NCBI GenBank assembly: GCA_030141605.1
Contig: JAQGDQ010000269.1
Coordinates: 186,001 to 250,000, forward strand
Direction of reading: 5' to 3'
From: Tubiluchus corallicola
Taxonomy: Eukaryota > Animalia > Priapulida
DNA: 64,000 nucleotides
Made by a program: the position numbers and the translations under genes. Positions 25,501 through 37,000 of this stretch are shown here, one piece after another (the stretch's first letter is position 1; the number at the start of each line of letters is the position of its first letter). The notes under the pieces are model-generated. The model did not search any database, was not told where the DNA came from, and saw only the letters and a list, made by a program, of their open reading frames with translations.

Positions 25501-28500
25501 TGGTGCTGTCTGGTATGCAACTGATACAAGAATAGCAGACATTAGGCCTGATCATTCTGTCTGTTCAGGTTGTTCAGACCACAACAGTGCATTGTGTGTT
25601 GTGTATAGACACTGATGTGTGTGAAATGTCTGATTTGTTCACACCAAACTGATACAACATGAATTCTTTTTTTAATTTGTGCCTCACCCACAGATTATGT
25701 GGTAGTAGTTTGATGCTGATTATCATGGTATTGCTGTACGTTTTTTTTTCACAAAACGCCATTGCTATTGTACCAGTTTATATTACTGTTTTACAAGCAA
25801 GTTTTTACCATAATTTACTACCATTTACATAATCCATTTACTATTTTCGCTTTCATGGAAAGACAATTTTTTCCAATGCATTGTGGGCCGCTTTACACAT
25901 CCATTTCCTAATCCACTAAAAATCAATAACTGCTTACAGATTCTCTCGTGGAAGGTCAGGAGCATCCAATGTCGGCCTCACATTTGAATGAGTTTCCATG
26001 GTTTCACGGCACTCTTCCTCGTGTGGAAGCTGCTCAATTAGTGTTACAGGTTAGACAGAACGTAGTTAATCGTGTTAATATTACCCGTGCTGCATCCTCA
26101 TCTCACAAGTTATTTTCACAGTTATTAACCCTAAAGGATCAGTTTGACCCTCGCGATCAGCGGGTGGGCCACTTGTTTTCGACTGGACATTAGTTCTTGA
26201 AGTCTGTATTTAAACTGAGATGTACTAGAACAAAAAAGATTTGAAATAAGTTACATGGTCTGTACATCCTAAGGAATTTTGTGCACACATAGCTAGGCGA
26301 AAGTAGCTAAACTTTTCTCTTACATTAAAAACTACGTGATGCAGCTTTGAGAAAGTATCGACTACATCAGCATTTCCATTTCAAGTTGGCGTGCCAGTAT
26401 AAATTATGTGAATTGTCACTGCAAAAAATATGTGATAAAATGAAGTGATACAAAACCGTACAAGCTAATGTATTGTAATAAAATGGTAGCAATAGTAGTG
26501 ATACTAGAGATAGTGGTAGTGGTAGTGGTAGTGGTAGTGGTAGTGGTAGTGGTAGTGGTAGTAGTAGTATGACGGATGTAGTGGTAGTGGTTGTGATTGT
26601 GGTTGTTGCTGCAGCAGGAGTAAAAATAGGAAAACCTTTAATTTGCCATTAAAACAATACTGTTATAAATAGAAATCTTAAGGAGCATTAGGCTAATGGA
26701 TTCTGTGCTGAAAGTAAAAGGCAAATCACTCAGTTGTAAGCTATAAAACATTGTAATTATAGGAAACGGGATCATTTTTCGCATCCTACCCCATTTTGAA
26801 GTACTGTAAAAACTTTACATTTTAACACCTATAATAATGCCAAAGCATTTCTGATAATTAAATTATAGGTTAAAAACTTAATTAATGGCAGGCGAGTCCA
26901 AAACTAGCGATAATGTCGCAACTGAACATAATTTTCAACGGCACAAACATTCCATGAGCATGTTGCACGTGTTTGTGATATCGAAAATTGTCGTACAATG
27001 CTATTGTACAACACTCAGTGTGATGTACAAAAGCACAACAAATTTTAAATTCAAAATTCAAATTTCAAGTTTACCGCTGTACTCACGTATGTACTCTCGA
27101 ATGTGTGCACTATGTCACAACCGAACATTTCTGTATTGAGAAACACAGCACCTGTTTTTTGTGCAACTCATTTCCGAGATGTTTGTGCTAGTCCCTGTCT
27201 ATAGTTTAAGATGGGGTTCGGTTTGCCTTTAATGCAGTGTGTGCAAGTTTCTTTTAGAAGTCTGTTTTTAGTCTCTTCTGCTGAGATATTAATTATTCGT
27301 GTTGACATTCGTGTATATCTTGATTTATGAGCATGTTTTGGTAAATTTTCTCCCAAAACATCACGTGACCCATTTTCACTGTTTTCAAAGTTTAGTTTTG
27401 TATTCGTGTTTCGGTTCGACACTTCCAGGTCTGTAAACATCGTTGATTTAACCTTGAATTGCCAAAACTATTTTCCTGGGGTGTTTGTTTACTGTCTGTG
27501 TCTAATTCCACTTACAGCGTGTTTTGATATCCAGACGGAGCCACTGTTGCTTGTTTATGTGAGTAAATTGGCTGCAGTAAACTAAATTTACCATTTTTGA
27601 ATTTAATGCTGTTTAAATGCTGGGTTTAATGAAAAATTTGCACGCTTTATTTTCAGCAAGGTAATATGGGTCACGGCACATTCTTGGTGAGACAGAGCGA
27701 AACTCGTAAAGGAGAATACGTGCTGACTTTTAATTTCAATGGCCGAGCAAAGGTAACAGTTCCGATAGCAAAGAATTTGGGCAAAAGTTTGCAATTCCCC
27801 ACACTCAAGAAATTAGCTAGTGAAATGGATTAGGGTTAGCATTAGGATTAAGGTTGCGGTTAGGGTTAGGGTTAGGGTTAGGATTAGGGCTAGTGTTAGG
27901 CTTAGGGTTAGCGTTAGATTAGGTTAAGGGTGAAGATTATGGGGGTGTTTTAGGGTTAAGGTTAGGATTAGAGTTTGGGCATTTGAATTGTTTGGGGAGT
28001 TGCAAACTTCTTCCAAAATTTATTCTAGTTTGTTATTTATTCTTTCTCATTTGTAATTTTTCACGATTGAGAATTTGTTCTGCAGCGTTTATAACTGACA
28101 TTTAAATTCGCACGGGGAGTGCACATTCATTGCAGCACGTTTTGCTTTGTGTTGTGCTGACATTTGTGGTAAATAATTTCCCACACACACAGCCATCTTT
28201 TATTATTATAGGCCCATTCTGAACATGACATTTCAAACCGGGGACATTTCGTGTTTACCGATGGCGTTTTAACGATGGTTACAAAAACAGTAAAGGTTTT
28301 CTTGGGCAATTTTGTAGTTCTGTCATTTGTTCCATAAACGGCGCTACGGAGTTACAATAATTAAAGCATTGCTGTCTCACATCACTAAAAGTGTGCGTAT
28401 ACATTGCAGAAATTACATACTTATGAAAACAGCAGAAATAATTGTCAGAACACCAGAAAGTCATTTCATTTTTGTGTGTTAACCTTTTTTCGCTTACCAT

Positions 28501-31500
28501 ATCAAACGTATAATTGATAATTTTTGGTTTTTAGCTGTACATTTGCATGTAAACATAAAGTGTATATATCTTATATAAAGAACTAGGTTAACATACCTGT
28601 TTCGTATTGTATGTCCACTCATCTAGGCATGGTTGGTTAATATTTGCAGTAAAATATCCATGAAAATGCAATTTTTTATTTATTATTTCATTTTATTTCT
28701 TTTGCATAAATTATTAAATTGCAAGACTGTGTGTTAAATATAAATGAGTGTGAGACAAACTAGTACAGGTCTTTGAAATTACTTTCATATTCTTTTTCTG
28801 CGCTTCATACAGAAACATCTACATGAAGCATCAGCAAATTATTCCCAAGTTGAAAGTAATGTGATGAAACTTTTAAACCATTTGCAGCAAGAAATGTAAA
28901 AAGCTTGCAAAATATAGTTTCTGCTAAGTTCTGAATGTGATTAAACGATACCAATTTTGCAATACAATACTTTTTTCCAACGATATGATATCGATAATGT
29001 GTTATTCAGACAATACAACGAATTATTTCGAACGATAAAAAAACGATACTGAACATCTGGTTAGTTATTGTTCAAGGTATATCTGCATATTACAGCACCA
29101 TATTTTTGCAAGTCATTTCCTGACTCTATGGCACTGATTACACTTAACTGGAAAATGCCTTTAAAAACACAGCACTTGGCATTAGCCTGTCACTAAATCG
29201 ACTGAAGACAGTCACTATTCCTGGATGAAAGTGCAAGAACATTATTCAAACAACCTTTGAATAAATCTTTTTTCAATTTTATATATTTCCATCTCAGAAA
29301 TACGCACCAAATTCAATACAATAACGATATTACTAGTATAATATTGATGCAATAACGATAAAAACAAATTTCGTATTGAGATGATGATCGATAATTATCG
29401 ACAAGTTAGTATCGTTAGTATCCCTACACTGAGTAAAACTTCAACCTTCAACACTGGTTAAAATTTACTTATTACACAGTCAACAATTTCGCAAGAGAGG
29501 TTAAATAATTTGGCATTGATATCTATAGCAAATGATGTTATAAAGACACGGTCATATTCACAGACATGTCAGAAATTATCTTTACTTATAATAAAACATT
29601 GAAAATTTTATATGAGCTTCCAATTTTTAGTATGTCATTGTGGCTAAAATTGCAGTCTCAAGCCCTCAGCATTTTTTCGCTGAGACTGGCGTATTGTGTG
29701 AAACATAAAACATCAGTCTTCAACATAATGCAAAGTGAAAACTGCAAGTGTAGCAGAAGTACATAGAGAAGTGTGTGCACCATCCTAAAATCATCTACAC
29801 AATGTGTAGGCTTAAAGTTTAACGGGAACTGTGGTTCCTCTTTTACAGCACTTGCGCATGACAATTAACACGGACGGCCAGTGCAGGGTGCAGCACCTAT
29901 GGTTTCAAACCGTCTTCGACATGCTGGAACACTTCCGCACGCACCCCATCCCACTGGAGTCTGGTGGAACGTCTGATGTCACGCTAACGGATTACGTCAT
30001 CACTTCACCTCATCCTGTTAGGTGAGTCCAAGGTATGCATGAACACACTTCTTTTCTTATTATATTCTGCATAGCTATAGCTTATTACTATCACTTGTTG
30101 ACTGTTGCATGCACACAGATACCCTCGAAAGAAAAGAACCGCACGTATAACTATTAAAAAAATCTATACGTATAACTATTAAAAAAATCTATCATCTGTC
30201 CCTAAGCAAACGAACATGCATTAGAACATTTATAGTAGTAATGCTTACGACTTAAATGCATTGTGTAAACTTATTATACCTATTTCTATTATATCTTCTC
30301 CACCAGTAGTTTAATTTTTTGTACTTCCTCTCAAACCTTCCACCTGTTTACAATAGTGCCTTCATTATACTATGCCACTGGATTTTGCATCGACTGCTTA
30401 GGTTTAGCATAGCACCCCAAACACTTAAACTTAAAGATACTGCAGCTTCTGTTAGTTCAGTAATGATTTTAATAGTTGCTCCAAATAGTGCTTATAGTAA
30501 TGTATTACGCATAAAGAGGCGACGTCTACTGAGAAAAAAGAGTGAACATTAGAAGCTGGTGCTCTTTTAATTCAGCCTGGATGTAATAGTTAAAGAATAT
30601 CGTAAAGACACTAATGTTATCCTAAGTTTTTGTGCCACGAATCTTTTTAATTTTGCTTTAACATGAAATTCTAATTTGAATTAATGCATAAGATTTAAAC
30701 TGTTTGTTTTACATAAGAAATACTCGAACTGTGATTATGAGATTACGAAAATAATACCTAAAATATCTAACTAAATATTTAAACTAGATACCCAGGTCTA
30801 AACTACAGTCACACCCCTCTTTATAGTGCCACCCTTTATAATGCCAACCTAGCTTAACGCCCAAATTTTTACCAAAACAAATTGTGTATTTTGCATAGAC
30901 GTGCATGTGTTAATGCACCTCGTTATAATGCCATACTCGCTATAACAACGACGCTTTTACTGTCCCAAAGTAGGCAGTATAAAGAGATTTGCTTGTATTA
31001 CACTTTGCAATTGTTTACATTCTAAAGGTTTTTTGAACTATTATTAATAGCAAGCTTTTTTTGGAACAACCCCTATAGCTATGCCACTAATAACAGGGAG
31101 TAGAAGAAACCCGACCTTCATCAAGTTGTCATTGTTATTCCTAAGCCGGGAGTCATTTAGTTGAATAGTGCATTCTTTTGTTTGCATTCGTCACCATGGT
31201 TACCCCTATTAGGCTTTCGTAATTGCTTTTACGGATCAACACTAATACACTGGAGCACTTGCTAGATCAGTTCATTCAGCTGATGGTTTATTGTGGAAAC
31301 GAGAGTATTACACCGCATAGTCTCTCTAGGCTCATGTTTAAAATAAGTTTTTCATATGATGTGCTTGTAGGCAGAGCTTTTTAGTGATGTAGCTAGCAGT
31401 CACAATGTCGCATGCAGAGCAGAGACTGGTTAAAGTGTAATGGCTGCAATTTTTAGATAACTGTTGACAAATTAGTAATTAGTGGGTAAGTGTTGAGTTT

Positions 31501-32495
31501 GGGTAAAAAATGCCTCGCAACTTTACTACCTTGATGTTCATATTTGGTTTCTTTTCGACGTTGCATTTGATAGGATCCAGCTTTTTCCTAACTTTAAAAT
31601 CTGTAACTTTGAAACAGCTCAAGCGACTCGGTGTAGTTAGTCATGTGGTTCACCTAGTCAGAGTATCATAATCCGTAAAACAATAAAAACTAGCTTTTCT
31701 GGCTAGAACACACTGCCCCCCTCTTGGAAATATGTTTTATCTGTAACATAACGAAACTGCAAGCCAAGCATGATTACAAGTTCCAGTTGCACAGTGGCAC
31801 TTATTAAATCTTTTGTTTATTTTTAGTTTTTTCAGTAAAATTTGTCCACAGAAAATCAACTAGAGGTTAGAATAATATAAACTAATCTTACTGTGCATAT
31901 GTGCTAAGGCATCACAATAACATTCAAATACATTTTAAATACATGAAAAAACATATGTTTTAAACTCTATGGAATGGTGATTTGAAAAAATGTTGTTCCA
32001 TAGTGACCACAGAATAGACTTTTAAATAGATGAAAAAATTTGCAAATGGGACTGTTCACTGCTTAACAAATCTGTAGCTTTATTGTAGATTTTGTCAAAA
32101 TTTGTTCCTTACTATGGTGATAATGTTGTAATCCATTTTTCTCGTGATGGAACCATTGTATTCACCAGTGTTCTACACATTCATCTGGCATTTAACTTTT
32201 GTTTGTAAAAATTATTGTCATTTTGAGCATTTATTGTTTTAATGGTGAGCAATATCTAATTTGTCAACATTTGAATGCACTATTTTGTATTGTGATGCGT
32301 TTCAGGAGTTATCTGCGTCCTCGACGTCCGCGCTCGCTACACCATTCACCACATCGACCGGACAGCTCGGCTAGCAGCGGTTACACTGGCAGCCAGGGCA
32401 ATCTGACCGAAACTGACAACGACAACGCGAATCACAACAATCCTAATCATGCAACCAGCGGACGAGCCCGTGAAAATATGTACTCCTTTGTATAA
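1502..32495 (+). CDS. SH2B: SH2B/Lnk-family adaptor protein (PH + SH2 + C-terminal Tyr motif), 5'-partial, 8 coding exons
   Basis: join(1502..1603,20622..20755,24396..24448,25067..25261,25940..26049,27657..27752,29849..30021,32306..32495). All junctions are AG/GT, phases are compatible, and the total is 1053 nt. Translation includes PH-domain [34 protein letters not shown]|[29 protein letters not shown]2-domain [19 protein letters not shown]|[32 protein letters not shown]|[40 protein letters not shown], and C-terminus [10 protein letters not shown]. These are recognisable SH2B signatures. Upstream exons lie outside the window. The two low-complexity linker exons are the least certain. Confidence 0.95.
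2115..2350 (+). mobile_element. More diverged Kolobok-like fragment
   Basis: TTAA|AGGAACTGCCAAGTCT...GAAAAATGTTAGAAAG...GATAAGCGCGTAGTGTAATTAGCAAAATCA resembles the 3478 copy. The right boundary is approximate. Confidence 0.55.
3478..3945 (+). mobile_element. Kolobok-like DNA transposon fragment (TTAA|AGG terminus)
   Basis: Begins TTAA|AGGGAAGGTCAAGCCTTCT and aligns by eye over about 470 bp with the reverse complement of 33545-34021. The superfamily is inferred from the terminus only. Confidence 0.65.
4281..4600 (+). mobile_element. tRNA-derived SINE with an internal tandem duplication of about 63 bp
   Basis: A-box TGGTCGAGTTG and B-box GGGTTCGAATCC. GCCTTTTAACATTTGAACAGGCACCTTT..AAGCTTCCGGAGCCTTAACTGA.TACCTGGCT occurs twice (4362-4485). 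Confidence 0.55.
6021..6425. repeat. 49-bp minisatellite, about 8 units
   Basis: Unit AAGCCTATACAAGTAAAAGTTATCGTATTCGTAGAAGCCATGTTGTTGT. The first units carry a deletion and a partial duplication. Confidence 0.97.
8370..8805 (+). mobile_element. Decayed 3' end of a CR1-group (L2/Crack-like) LINE
   Basis: Residual [45 protein letters not shown] resembles the CR1-group ORF2 C-terminus. A homologous inverted copy lies at about 17880-18400. Confidence 0.6.
10505..10572 (+). pseudogene. tRNA pseudogene or tRNA-derived SINE head
   Basis: GGGCTGG/CTAGTCC acceptor stem, TAGCTCAG A-box and TCGGGTTCAAATCCCGA T-arm. The D and anticodon arms are defective. Confidence 0.55.
14512..16488. mobile_element. 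Long-TIR (about 370 bp) foldback-type non-autonomous DNA transposon
   Basis: 14512-14880 is the diverged reverse complement of about 16125-16488 (ACTAGGAACAGCTGGTTATTCGC.../...GCGAATAACCAGCTGTTCCTAGT). The TSD could be TA or CTAG. No coding capacity seen. Confidence 0.88.
14881..15520. mobile_element. hAT/Charlie-like non-autonomous DNA transposon (640 bp)
   Basis: TIRs CAGTGGTTCCCAAA / TTTGGGAACCACTG and a perfect 8-bp TSD ATCTAGGT (14873-80, 15521-28), close to the NTCTAGAN preference of Charlie elements. Confidence 0.92.
16705..16960. repeat. Two GA-rich purine tracts
   Basis: Imperfect (GA)n at about 16705-16735 and 16875-16957. Confidence 0.7.
17880..18400 (-). mobile_element. Second copy of the same decayed LINE 3' end
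   Basis: Reverse complement matches 8650-8800 (TTGCTTATTCTTTTAAA..TTTTATATTTTGTAATTTTATGCTGT). Residual [13 protein letters not shown]. Confidence 0.6.
18987..19778. mobile_element. hAT-type element sharing termini with the MITE family above (opposite orientation), with a tandemly amplified end
   Basis: Left TIR CAGGGCCGAATTAT, right end AATCCAGCCCTG, degenerate 8-bp TSD GTGACCGG/ATGACCTG. Confidence 0.78.
19270..19778. repeat. 62-bp minisatellite, 8 full units plus a partial
   Basis: The motif AATCCAGCCCTG (some copies with a mismatch) recurs at 19271, 19333, 19395, 19457, 19519, 19581, 19643, 19705 and 19767. Consensus GTGCAAAGCTTGAACGGCCTCAGGCTGCAGCCTGCACTAGCCTATAGGATAATCCAGCCCTG. Confidence 0.97.
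22133..22590. mobile_element. MITE-like element with about 60-bp inverted repeats enclosing a (TACA)n microsatellite
   Basis: AATTAAATAACTAGGTGTTAAAATTAGATTTTGAGGCGATG...GTGCATTTCATA pairs with TATGAAATGCAC...CATTGCCTCAAAATCTAATTTTATCACCTAGTTATTTAATT. A partial copy of the arm lies at about 20949-20985. Confidence 0.75.
22191..22523. repeat. (TACA)n microsatellite, about 330 bp, with two 1-nt deletions
   Basis: Seen directly. It explains the five YIHT/MYVC ORFs in the track. Confidence 0.99.
22598..22940. mobile_element. hAT-like MITE fragment
   Basis: Starts CAGGGCCATCTTAACAGC, has GGGCCCC-type subterminal motifs, and has an internal duplication AACAAAATCAGTGTTTAAACATT (22729, 22881). No right end was found. 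Confidence 0.4.
24568..24679. repeat. 33-bp minisatellite (about 3.4 units, alternating variants)
   Basis: TATACTGTGCAGGTCATAAATGCAGAATTCTGC alternates with TGTACTATGTAGATCATAAATGCACAGTTCTGC. Confidence 0.85.
26511..26592. repeat. (GGTAGT)n microsatellite
   Basis: Seen directly. Confidence 0.9.
27774..28020. mobile_element. Inverted-repeat element carrying degenerate (TTAGGG)n
   Basis: Arms AATTTGGGCAAAAGTTTGCAATTCCCCAC / GTTTGGGGAGTTGCAAACTTCTTCCAAAATT enclose about 140 bp of TTAGGG variants (27830-27975). Confidence 0.72.
28935..29426. mobile_element. Old hAT-like MITE with CGATA subterminal repeats
   Basis: Clusters of ACGATA/TATCG at both ends and a right end GTATCCCTA. The left TIR is eroded. 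Confidence 0.35.
30806..30995. mobile_element. Tc1/mariner-pogo(Tigger)-like MITE
   Basis: TA|CAGTCACACCCCTCTTTATAGTGCC...GGCAGTATAAAGAGATTTGCTTG|TA, giving imperfect TIRs and a TA TSD. Confidence 0.7.
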
Positions 32496-32716
32496 TAAGC
32501 TAATTGCGGACTTCAAAAGTCCTGACAATGCCTGAAGAAAGAATAGTTAGACTGAAAATGTGACTTGATGCTTATTACTGTATTGGCAAGTTATATCTTT
32601 ATTATATTCTCATGATGCAGTGTCTGCATGAGAATAATACGGAAACATTTAAGATATCAGTGTTCACAAAATCATTTTGAAGCCAAAATCCAATGATGAC
32701 CAATACAGGGTGAATA

Positions 32717-33063
32717 CAGGGTGTTTCATAAGTTTATCTCTAATTTGATATTCAGTTGGCTAATCTGCAGCAAATTGGAGAACTACATTCATGTTATGGT
32801 TACTTGAGAATTTTTTAAATCTACATTTCAAATTTTGCTCTATTTTCTTCTACTGCTATACTGCATGGCTGCATACAAAAAGGGTGGTTTAACAGGTGTA
32901 AACCGCTGCTGTATGCAGTATGATAAAAATATGAAGCCAAGTTTTCATGCCAGTAAAATTATCATTAGTTGTAAACCCAGCAATTGAATGGTTCATTTGA
33001 TTCCTCTGGTAACTCCCATGTTAATTATTCCTTAAAAATGATGAGGAACTTTTGAAACACCTG
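32717..33063. mobile_element. Degenerate mariner-like MITE in the probable SH2B 3' UTR
   Basis: TA|CAGGGTGTTTCATAAGTT...AACTTTTGAAACACCTG inverted termini. Confidence 0.5.
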
Positions 33064-33544
33064 GCATTTCCTTTAGAAGCCACACGTGTGTAGCCACATT
33101 ATACTGAAATCAAGTACCTGCAAGTTTCTATGTGTAGGGTAAAGGCATCACAAACCATTGCGTTCTACTGCAGTCTGTAGTTATACTATTTCTGCTATGC
33201 TTTACGATATAATTGTCAATTTTCTAAATGGCCTTTTTACACTTTTTAATCTCAAGATTGTGCATTTTGCTACTTTCCGTGATTAGATGGAAAGCCAGTT
33301 CTACTCAAGTTTCTTTCACGTTGCTGATCAAAGAATTAATAGCAACTGAAGCGTTTGTTGGCATCCTCAGAGGTTTCAGAATTTGTGTGAATAAAAGAGG
33401 ATGAGGAGACTGTAATTGAGTGACTAGTGAATGTTGGACATTCATTCAGCTGCTGACTGTCTTCTATATCGATTTGCAAAGATACAATTTACCTTCAGTA
33501 TGGTGGGTTTATTTTACTGCTATCATTTAGACTTAGAAAAATCT

Positions 33545-34021
33545 AACAAAAGAAATTTGCAAAGAACTGCATATAAAGCATAAATTTAAAATATACTACC
33601 TCCATATAGAGTGTGGCGGTTGCCGCCATCCACTTGAAAGTCATGATGTAGCTGGGAGATTTCATGACTTCATAAGCGCGTCGTGGTTTTCCGTAAGCTT
33701 GTTGTACTATTTCAAACTTCTGCAGCTCCTCTAATGTTAATGTAAAAATATAACAAAAGTAGCTATCTAATTGTTTTTTGTAAAAACTTACTACATTTTT
33801 GATGAAGATTGATGGTGCGCTACTTTTGTTCAAGACAAATGACGTCATTGGTAAAAGAATGGGCATTGAAAATGGGAGCTACCAAGCATGAAATAATCAA
33901 GACTTTAAAGTGGTTTTACTAGCTACACGAGGCACTTATTGCTGTTTTATTACTAAATCCTTCTAACATTTTTCGTGAACATTGAAATAAGCCTAAAATA
34001 ATAGAAGGCTTGACCTTTCCT
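33545..34021 (-). mobile_element. Kolobok-like DNA transposon fragment, inverted copy downstream of the SH2B stop
   Basis: Ends AGAAGGCTTGACCTTTCCT|TTAA and is homologous to 3478-3945. Confidence 0.65.
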
Positions 34022-37000
34022 TTAACACGAGCCATTTGAGAAATCAAAGAAAGCACATATTAGATGTTTTAGCTCACAGCACATATTAGATGTTTTAGCT
34101 CACTATGTATTTTCATGTGCCTCTGTGAGGCATTGTGTTATTGTGAATACGATTGTATTACCCGGTTTGTTATACAAATCCAAACCCTAACATTATCTTA
34201 TGCATTAAGATCGTTTATGTAGCTATAATCTTATGCACATTACCAGATGGTTTTCTAATTTTGTATTACCAGGTATGTCATTATGTACCTTATAGACTAA
34301 ATGGTAGGATGCAAATAATAATTGTGATGAGGTGTAATTATAAGAATTCTTCCAAAAATTGCAAAGTATTTATTTTGGAAAGTATGAATGTCTAGTCATC
34401 ATCTTATCCTACTGCATTTTTCTGTCTAAATTGTGATCATTAAGACGAAAAAAGAAAATTGTAAATTTTATAATAAATGTAAAAATATTGTTACAGGGTA
34501 AAGTATTTTATTCTACTTTGGAACATTAGGCTCTGCGTAAGATAAAATACTGTACCTTGTAGATGTCATTTAGACATTTTTGTCACCAATCTATACAAAA
34601 TTTGGCAATTTAGCAGAAACCTTTGCCAGATTTCTGATCTTTTTGCGATAAGGATTGGTGCTTAGCTGTTTGTAATGAAATTACTTGGAATATTCTAAGA
34701 GTACAAGCCTGACTTACATGAAGAGGAAAAAATACTTGTAAGACAGCATGGGGAAAATAAGTCTCTCCGAGCACACAAGCGCCATCTATTGTCACTGCAT
34801 TTCTATTAGATTTTATCCCGAAATGCATTATAAGATTAAGAATAGTAGCAACAGCTATCGATGCAAATGTATATTATGACAATTATAAATTGGAGAATGA
34901 GTACAAACTATTATATGACTCGAAAATGCCGAGGAATTTTATGCAATTTCAGATTGTTTTTATTTTTTTGTGCGAGAGATTGCAAAATAAAAGAAAGTTC
35001 AAGATTTAAACTGCCGGAATTTTGGTGCACACATCTGTTAAAATATCTTGCTCAAGAACCCATGCTCACTTTGTCCTGTCCACACAATTTGCTCACATTG
35101 ATGTTGCCTTTATGGTAAAGTGGGGGCATTTTTCTACTTTTTGGTAGCATCCTGTCATAGCAGCACATGATTTTTATTTCATAGAAGCTATGAATATTTT
35201 TAGTTTTTCCTAGCCGATGTTGCAGCAAGGCTTGAAGAACTACAGGATGTTTGTCCTGTGAGGTACATACCGCACTGACTGTAATATTAAACTGATGCTT
35301 TTACGCCTATCCAGTTATTGTTGTCTGGTAAATGGTCAGTGTTGTTAACATGTACAGTTATGCTTAGAATTTCTTGCAATAGATTTTTGAAAAAAATTTT
35401 GTTTCTCATTCATGGTCATGTCCTAAGAACCTACACTCAGAATCATGTTACGAAGCTGCTAGTATCTGCCAGAACTTGACGAAACATTCATATGCGCAAA
35501 CCTATCGTTAAAATAACAATACGTTTTGTTGATATTATTAATTTATTAATTTTTATAAACAGTCAAACAAAACATTGTTTCGAAATGTCATATACTGCAT
35601 TTGCTCAAATTATTTGCACAATTGTTTCTAAATGATGTATTTTTAAGTTAGTAAAACTAAAGACACTAGCCTTTAGACCAGAAGCGGCATATAGACTATA
35701 GTAACCAATAGAAGTGATAGCTCCTTGTAACATATTAACTGTTGCTCCTTTAAAGTAGTTTCTACATGCTTGTATGGTATGAATCACATCAAAAAAACTT
35801 AGACAGTCGAGTTTTATTACTATATCTGATTTCTGTGTGTATATATTAAGTCTAGATATATCTAAGCATGAATACTTGATATCAGATTCATTATTTTAAG
35901 TAGGAAATTAACTTACAGTCAAGACTCGAGGTATTAATAGTTATAGGTACATTTGTTATTGTGTTTACATAATTTGCATAGCTATTATTGTTGTTATAGA
36001 TACTGAAATTATGTATAATGGCATTATTATAATTTTAACAACACGCATAGTAACAAATGATAGAAAAACAGTATATTATGCATAGTATATTTCTGGCTGT
36101 TATGCAGAAGTGTGAATATTATATGGTAAACATATAGATCTAGTAATCGTTTTATAGTTTTAAATGTTTAAAGGCAGTTTATGCTAAGACTGTCATTTGT
36201 TGTGCCGCGAAAAATATTTAACCAATGTGATATTTCACGTGGTGCTTTGCACGCATAGGCTTTTTATAATCATGTATCGTTCTTGGGAAAAAATTGAAAG
36301 ATTTACTAGTCCTGGTGTCGGAAGGTTAGTCCTTTTCAGTTATTACTTACCTTAAATTTCAAATTCAATTTTCACCAGAAAAAACAAAAATGAAAAAAAG
36401 GAACCTACTGTACGCTTTGCAAAAGCCGATCATAAAATAATGTGATTGTAATTATTATTCAAAATAGCAGTTTATTTTTAATATTTTTATCTGCCAACAG
36501 ATGGCAAGAAATTTGCGTGCTGAAGTAAAGCTACAGTATCCCGACACTTGTAATCAAACTGTGTTTGTTAAGAGTAATTATCAAAGGTTTGTTTGGTCCA
36601 GTGATTGTTCATTTAAATCAGTTCCTTTATATACACACAAACATGTTAAAAATGTGCATTATGCATACGAATATATGTAATTATGTATATTTATGTATGT
36701 TTATAAATGCTCAAAGAAAAATGTTTAGAAACTATTTAATTAAGAGCATTTTCCACTGCTTTGGTGTGAAATAAGAAATCATGTAAATTTTATAATTAGG
36801 TAAGAATTATAAATTTGGATCAGTTTAATGATGATTTTAATGTTAGACAATAAATTGTGAAGAAATCATTGTGTAAAAAATAACACAATTCTAACACGTC
36901 TGTAGAGTTCTATTTTCTGGAAATTTCTTATGGAGTTACCTAACAGTGATTCTGTTAGTAAATGTAGTGCATAGTAACTAGGTCATTATGCTGTTATAAC

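Noticed and set aside
27830-27975. True telomere or chromosome-fusion site
   Set aside because: The tract is short, degenerate, in one orientation only, and enclosed by element-like inverted repeats.
34051-34103. Small local duplications (also 4658-4779, 30144-30192) and a 13-bp hairpin at 42091-42119
   Set aside because: Ordinary slippage or template-switch products with no further structure.
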